A DNA stretch of 64,000 nt from Psammoneis japonica. Its lineage: Eukaryota. The stretch covers positions 248,001-312,000 of the forward strand of contig QPGO01000085.1 in the NCBI GenBank assembly GCA_008632985.1, given 5' to 3'. This document shows, piece by piece, positions 59,612 through 64,000 of the stretch. Each line of letters opens with the position of its first letter. Within the stretch, counting starts at the first letter, position 1. Both the position numbers and the translations under genes were made by a program. The notes below the pieces were generated by a model. The model saw only the letters and a list, made by a program, of their open reading frames with translations. It did no database searches and was not told the origin of the DNA.

Positions 59612-61305
59612 TTATAAAATTCCGTCCCCTCGAATTGACTGCTCTTGCTCTTCATGATGATCATCGATTAACTCATACTCGTCCCTTTCCTTTTTGCGCG
59701 AGTTTGCTTGATCCTTGGGAAGCGCAAACGCACAAGCGACAGCAAAGAGGTATACAACGGCAGCAAAGATAAACATTGCACCCGGATATCTGCTTTGTTT
59801 GGTTAACTTGTAGACGTATCTCATAGACATTGGACCCACAGCAGCCGCGAGTGCTTGGATGGAGTACAACGCGCCTTGAATACGACCTTGTTCGCTTTCG
59901 GCCTAAGGCATTATAACGAAACACATTGAAGTGCGCGAAGCGTTAGAACGCAGAGACAAGACCAGATCGGGTGCTCAGTGAATATCTCAGTCAGAAGGGA
60001 TCTTACCACATTGTTTGATTTGATTGCTGAGATCGTTGGAAACGACATTCCACCAAAGCTACCTATGCATACGGCAATAAAGATTACCGACTTTGTGGTT
60101 GCCGTCCCATAGAGAAAATTTGTAGTGGACCCAAACAAGAACGCCACGGCAACCACCAAGCGTTCTCCAATGCAGTCATTGATGGGTTTGATCAAGAAGC
60201 CTTGTACCAAGATTCCCAACACACCGATAAGAAAAAAGATGAGGGCCACGTCATTGTCATTAAAGGCAAGCCGTTCTTCCAAATAGTACAAGAGCAATGT
60301 TTGATCTCCGGCGGAAACCATTCCACTGAAAAAGGCTAGAGTCGACAAGGTAATGAATAGCCGATTCCGACCGAGAATGGACAGTTCCCTCATGGGCCGT
60401 GTCAAGCTCCAACAGACGCGCTTTATCACTGCCACAAAATCACTATTGGTGTCACGTTCTTCCGCCCGTATGGCTTGTTGTTCTGCTCGAGCAAGTGTCG
60501 CATTCAGTGCGGCTTGTGGCGGCAAGGTTTCGGGCAAGCAAAAAATCGTGACAATGAACCCCACTGCCACCAAGGCAAACGACAGGACCGATACCGCAAA
60601 ATGATCCAACAGCACTGCCAAAATGGGTGCCAGGGCAAATCCCAAGGAGAACCCCGCCAGCAGCAAGCCAAAACTCGGTGCACGCCATTTCCGATGGCAT
60701 GACATCGGCCAAGGCCGACAGTGCAACCGCAATCCAACTCACGAGACCTGTAATGGAGCTGGACGCATAATACCAAAAAGGCGACATTGTTGGTCTTAAT
60801 TGTAATAAAACCAACACGAACGGATGCCACAGTGACAAGAAGAGTCCCAACAACAGAATTCCTTTGTTACGAGAAACGAGAAACACGTCAGGTGCTTCAG
60901 AGAAACTTCAGAAAACAATCACAACCTCCGCCTCACCTTTTCTTCCCTTTTCATCACTGATACTACCCATCATGGAACTAGACAAGAATGTTAATGTATT
61001 GGAAATAAAGTTTGCCACAGCCGCGGCGTTTTGTGCATCGTTGGACCCCTCCAAGCACGCCTCGGGCTTGTCCATGACGTAATCGGCACAATTCTTGGCG
61101 TCGTCATACCCATGCAAGAGCCTCGCATACCGATCCGTCACAACGGCCGGAACGACACCAATGGTGGACCAAAGCCCATGGCGAGCAACAAACACAGCAC
61201 GACAATCTGAGGTGGACCCTTGGACTTGGCAAAGTGCATGATGAAGGATTCATGACGGTACACACTCCGCCGTGCTGGTTGCTCGTGTGGATCCAATTCC
61301 ATCAT
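59612..61305 (-). CDS. MFS transporter (HIAT1/MFSD14, TetA-like), multi-exon, with apparent frameshifts
   Basis: GSISDEKGRK (motif A), SALADV, LPETL, FPTISAIKSNN, QGRIQGALYSIQALAAAVGP; start uncertain. Confidence 0.85.
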
Positions 61306-62224
61306 GCTGTGGCATCACGATTTTCTGGGGATGAAGTATCGTCATGGTTCAATACAACGACATTGTCGTCTTCACGTTCCGGTGCCATGGTTCCATGTAG
61401 TTTGATCAAAAGAATAGCATGATCTTCGATGTTCTTGCTCTGGTTTGTCTCACTGCGTTGGTGTGCCTTCTGTTGTGACGTGTTCGCCTGTGGGCCGGTT
61501 ACGTAGGTTTCTACGTCTCCGTAGTACGAGAGGTCGGAGGGAGTTCTTGGGAAATCAAAATTGTATCATTGAAAATTTATTTAGATATGATTACATAAAT
61601 ATATTCCGCCCGCCCGTCCGTATGTCTGTTCTCTTCCCGCACGACCGTGTCTGTGGTGTCACCGGTAGTACGGTATGGTAGTCTCGGCCTTTCTGTTCAT
61701 GTTCCTCTCTTGCTATGAGCTATGTACGGTACGATGCATGCTGTATGACTAGGGAGGCCCATTCAGTCTAAACATCGGTTTGCATATGTCATTGGATAAG
61801 ATAGTGCAAAGAGATGTCACTATCCAACTACTGTTCTCTCTAGGCAAGATGGCGAGCACGTTCTCGTCTCACTCTTTTCCATGCGTGAAAAAGAACCTCT
61901 TGACTAGAATCAAAGCAAGTCGCAAGGTTCACATGCACTAATAAGAAGACAATGACACAATACAAGATGTTTCAAGTACACTGTATAGAGAATGCTACAA
62001 TATTATAAAGCTGTCCCGAGCTATTACAGAACATTTCCGCAAAATCAAAAAGACTTCTTTTTCGTTGTAATCGGAGTAGACCCAAGGAAATCAATCCCCC
62101 CAAAATAGGGCCCACATAAATCTCTAGAATTCGTCTACATCAAGAACCCCCATGCGCTCTCATGCTGATTCATTCCTTCTTCTCTAATTCCACACACACA
62201 CATCCATACAACAACTTCAGAAAT

Positions 62225-62875
62225 CTACTCTTCATCGTCATCATCTTCGTCATACAAGTTGGCATCGTAAACTTCCTTGAAAAAGGTGGCCGTCTTTTCC
62301 GCAACAGCCTTGACAATGGCAGAACGGTGCGAGGTAACACCCTTGCTGGCAAGCCAATGCCAAAAACGTTCCATGTGTTCAAAGCTTTCCACCTTGTGTT
62401 CGTCCGTATCGGGGCCCTTGAGCATGAGGAACTGCGTAACAAGAATAATAATAATGTTGCGAGAGTAATATGAATGGGGACGTATGAGTATAAGCAAGCA
62501 CAACAACAGTATAATACACAATACATAAGTTATATGTATTATACACGCACCTTTCCAAAAAGCTGAAAGGTATTGGTAACCACCTCATCGCCAGTACCTT
62601 CGGCAAGCTTGGCCTTGGTGGCTGGACCAATCCCAGGCACTTCGGCCAGATCGCCCGTGACGGAGCATACCCGCCATAGTTCCATTGTGTCATCCGAGAC
62701 TTTGGATTTGCGTGGATCGTAAGGCTGAGAGACAAGCAGAAGAGCAATGCGGGAGTGAGCGACAGAGCGTTGTGTGTGTGTGTTGTGACGGCGTTTGTTT
62801 GTATTCACGCACACACTCAAAACAATAACATCAACGATAACCATAGCGACAAATACAGAGCATCATACGTACCAT
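62225..62875 (-). CDS. Small BAF (barrier-to-autointegration)-like HhH protein, 3 exons
   Basis: ATG|GT intron, then PYDPRKSK...LAEVPGIGPATKAKLAEG...FQLFGK|FLMLK...FWHWLASKG; acidic tail. Confidence 0.6.
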
Positions 62876-63255
62876 GATGAAAGCGTTCAGTGACTGATAG
62901 AGCAACAACAACAACGACGACAGACGACGTTGGTTCGTGGGTTGTGACAGCGTCGTCGATCGCGCTGGAGAAATCCGACCGCGCCGAAAGTTTCACGCAG
63001 GCTCTGGTAGAAAAATGACGTACAGGATCTGTACGAGGTTTTGAAGAAATCAGAAGCTCGTGGAAGATTTCAGTCGTGAACCGAATGAACGGTTTTGGGA
63101 ACTCGTGACTGAGAAAAGATACCGCTGGCGGCAGACAGACCAGCGGTGTCCGTTGAATTTCATTTTTTCAGGCATTTTGTTGTGAGGGGGGCGTTGTTGA
63201 CGTTTTCGCTGTTGTTGTAACTCTCCTGCTTATATCTACTCGACTGTGCTCCACC

Positions 63256-63861
63256 ATGATGACTTTATTACGACCCCTTTTATTCTTCGTGGCAACTGCA
63301 GTCGCCGTTTCATCTGCTGCAACCATGCAGGACGACACTCCCGAAGGCCGCTTGTTGGCCACGTGCATGTCATATAACGACGGTGACGACGACATTGAAA
63401 CCATTTGGGCCGCGTTAAAGGACGGTGCCGACATCAACATCAAGGACGATGCCAGTGGCCAAACACCGCTCATGGCGTCCGTGTTGCGAGGCAAGACGGC
63501 CCTCGTCAAGTATCTCTTGGCCAAGGGTGCCGACGCGAGTATTGCCGAAAAGGACGGATACACGCCACCACACGGTGCTGGATTTCAAGGACGTAAAGAC
63601 ATTTTTGAGATTTTAGTAGAACAATTTGGCGTTGATATAGTCACGCAAGTCCACAACGATGGCTTTACTCCCTTTCATCGTGCCTGTTGGGGACGAGAAG
63701 CGCGACATGCGGAAACGGTCGAGTATCTGTTACAGCTGGGTGTCGATATGGATTTGCCTGGAGGAACAAACGAACCGAAAAACACGTGCATGGAAATGAC
63801 CAACAATCCCGAAACAAAGCGTATTCTAGAAAAGCATGCAGCTATCAAGCAGGAATTGTAA
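63256..63861 (+). CDS. Secretory-pathway ankyrin-repeat protein with KDEL-like C-terminus (KQEL)
   Basis: Signal peptide; GADINIKD..GQTPLMAS, DGYTPPHGA, DGFTPFHRA. Confidence 0.9.
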   Translation: MMTLLRPLLFFVATAVAVSSAATMQDDTPEGRLLATCMSYNDGDDDIETIWAALKDGADINIKDDASGQTPLMASVLRGKTALVKYLLAKGADASIAEKDGYTPPHGAGFQGRKDIFEILVEQFGVDIVTQVHNDGFTPFHRACWGREARHAETVEYLLQLGVDMDLPGGTNEPKNTCMEMTNNPETKRILEKHAAIKQEL

Positions 63862-64000
63862 GCGAGTAATGGGGATGGGAAGTCATTGGAAAAAAGAAGG
63901 AGTATCCACCGCCACGATTTCATACAGTACACCGATAGCGCAAGGAAATGTTTTAAAAAGACATGGTTGTCTAAGACTACGTCACTCTCATTTTGTGTCT

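Noticed and set aside
63121..63148. Short hairpin accgctgg...ccagcggt upstream of the ankyrin gene
   Set aside because: An 8-bp stem is within chance expectation, with no other support.

Overview
Eukaryotic genomic DNA, most likely a pennate diatom. Short GT-AG introns, bipartite plastid-targeting peptides (ALAFAP, AAAF) and diatom-expanded TPR/ARM/BTB/DUF6824/Crinkler families support this. Ordinary gene-dense stretches encode an ERGIC3-like protein, DnaJ-B, ARM proteins, an arrestin-domain protein, a TPR pair, RPT5, a GT61 glycosyltransferase, FKBP, a sirtuin, an MFS transporter, a BAF-like protein and an ankyrin protein. They alternate with three sharply bounded domains (~10.9-20.5 kb, ~33.4-36.2 kb, ~42.4-55 kb) of nested DNA transposons and dead host-type genes. 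In these domains TpA is almost absent, CpG is strongly depleted and TpG/CpA are in excess. Internal comparisons show directional TpA->TpG/CpA (A:T->G:C) changes on top of the usual CpG->TpG/CpA decay: a duplicated gene end, a TAA target-site duplication now reading TGA and CAA, TIR pairs, and Tyr->Cys/His changes in frame-intact transposases. This looks like a region-targeted hypermutation or genome-defence process whose TpA component runs opposite to fungal RIP, and it is the main finding. All protein calls come from motif recognition by eye; no database search was run. There are two assembly gaps (28830-28982, 55069-55567), and several genes carry isolated frameshifts.
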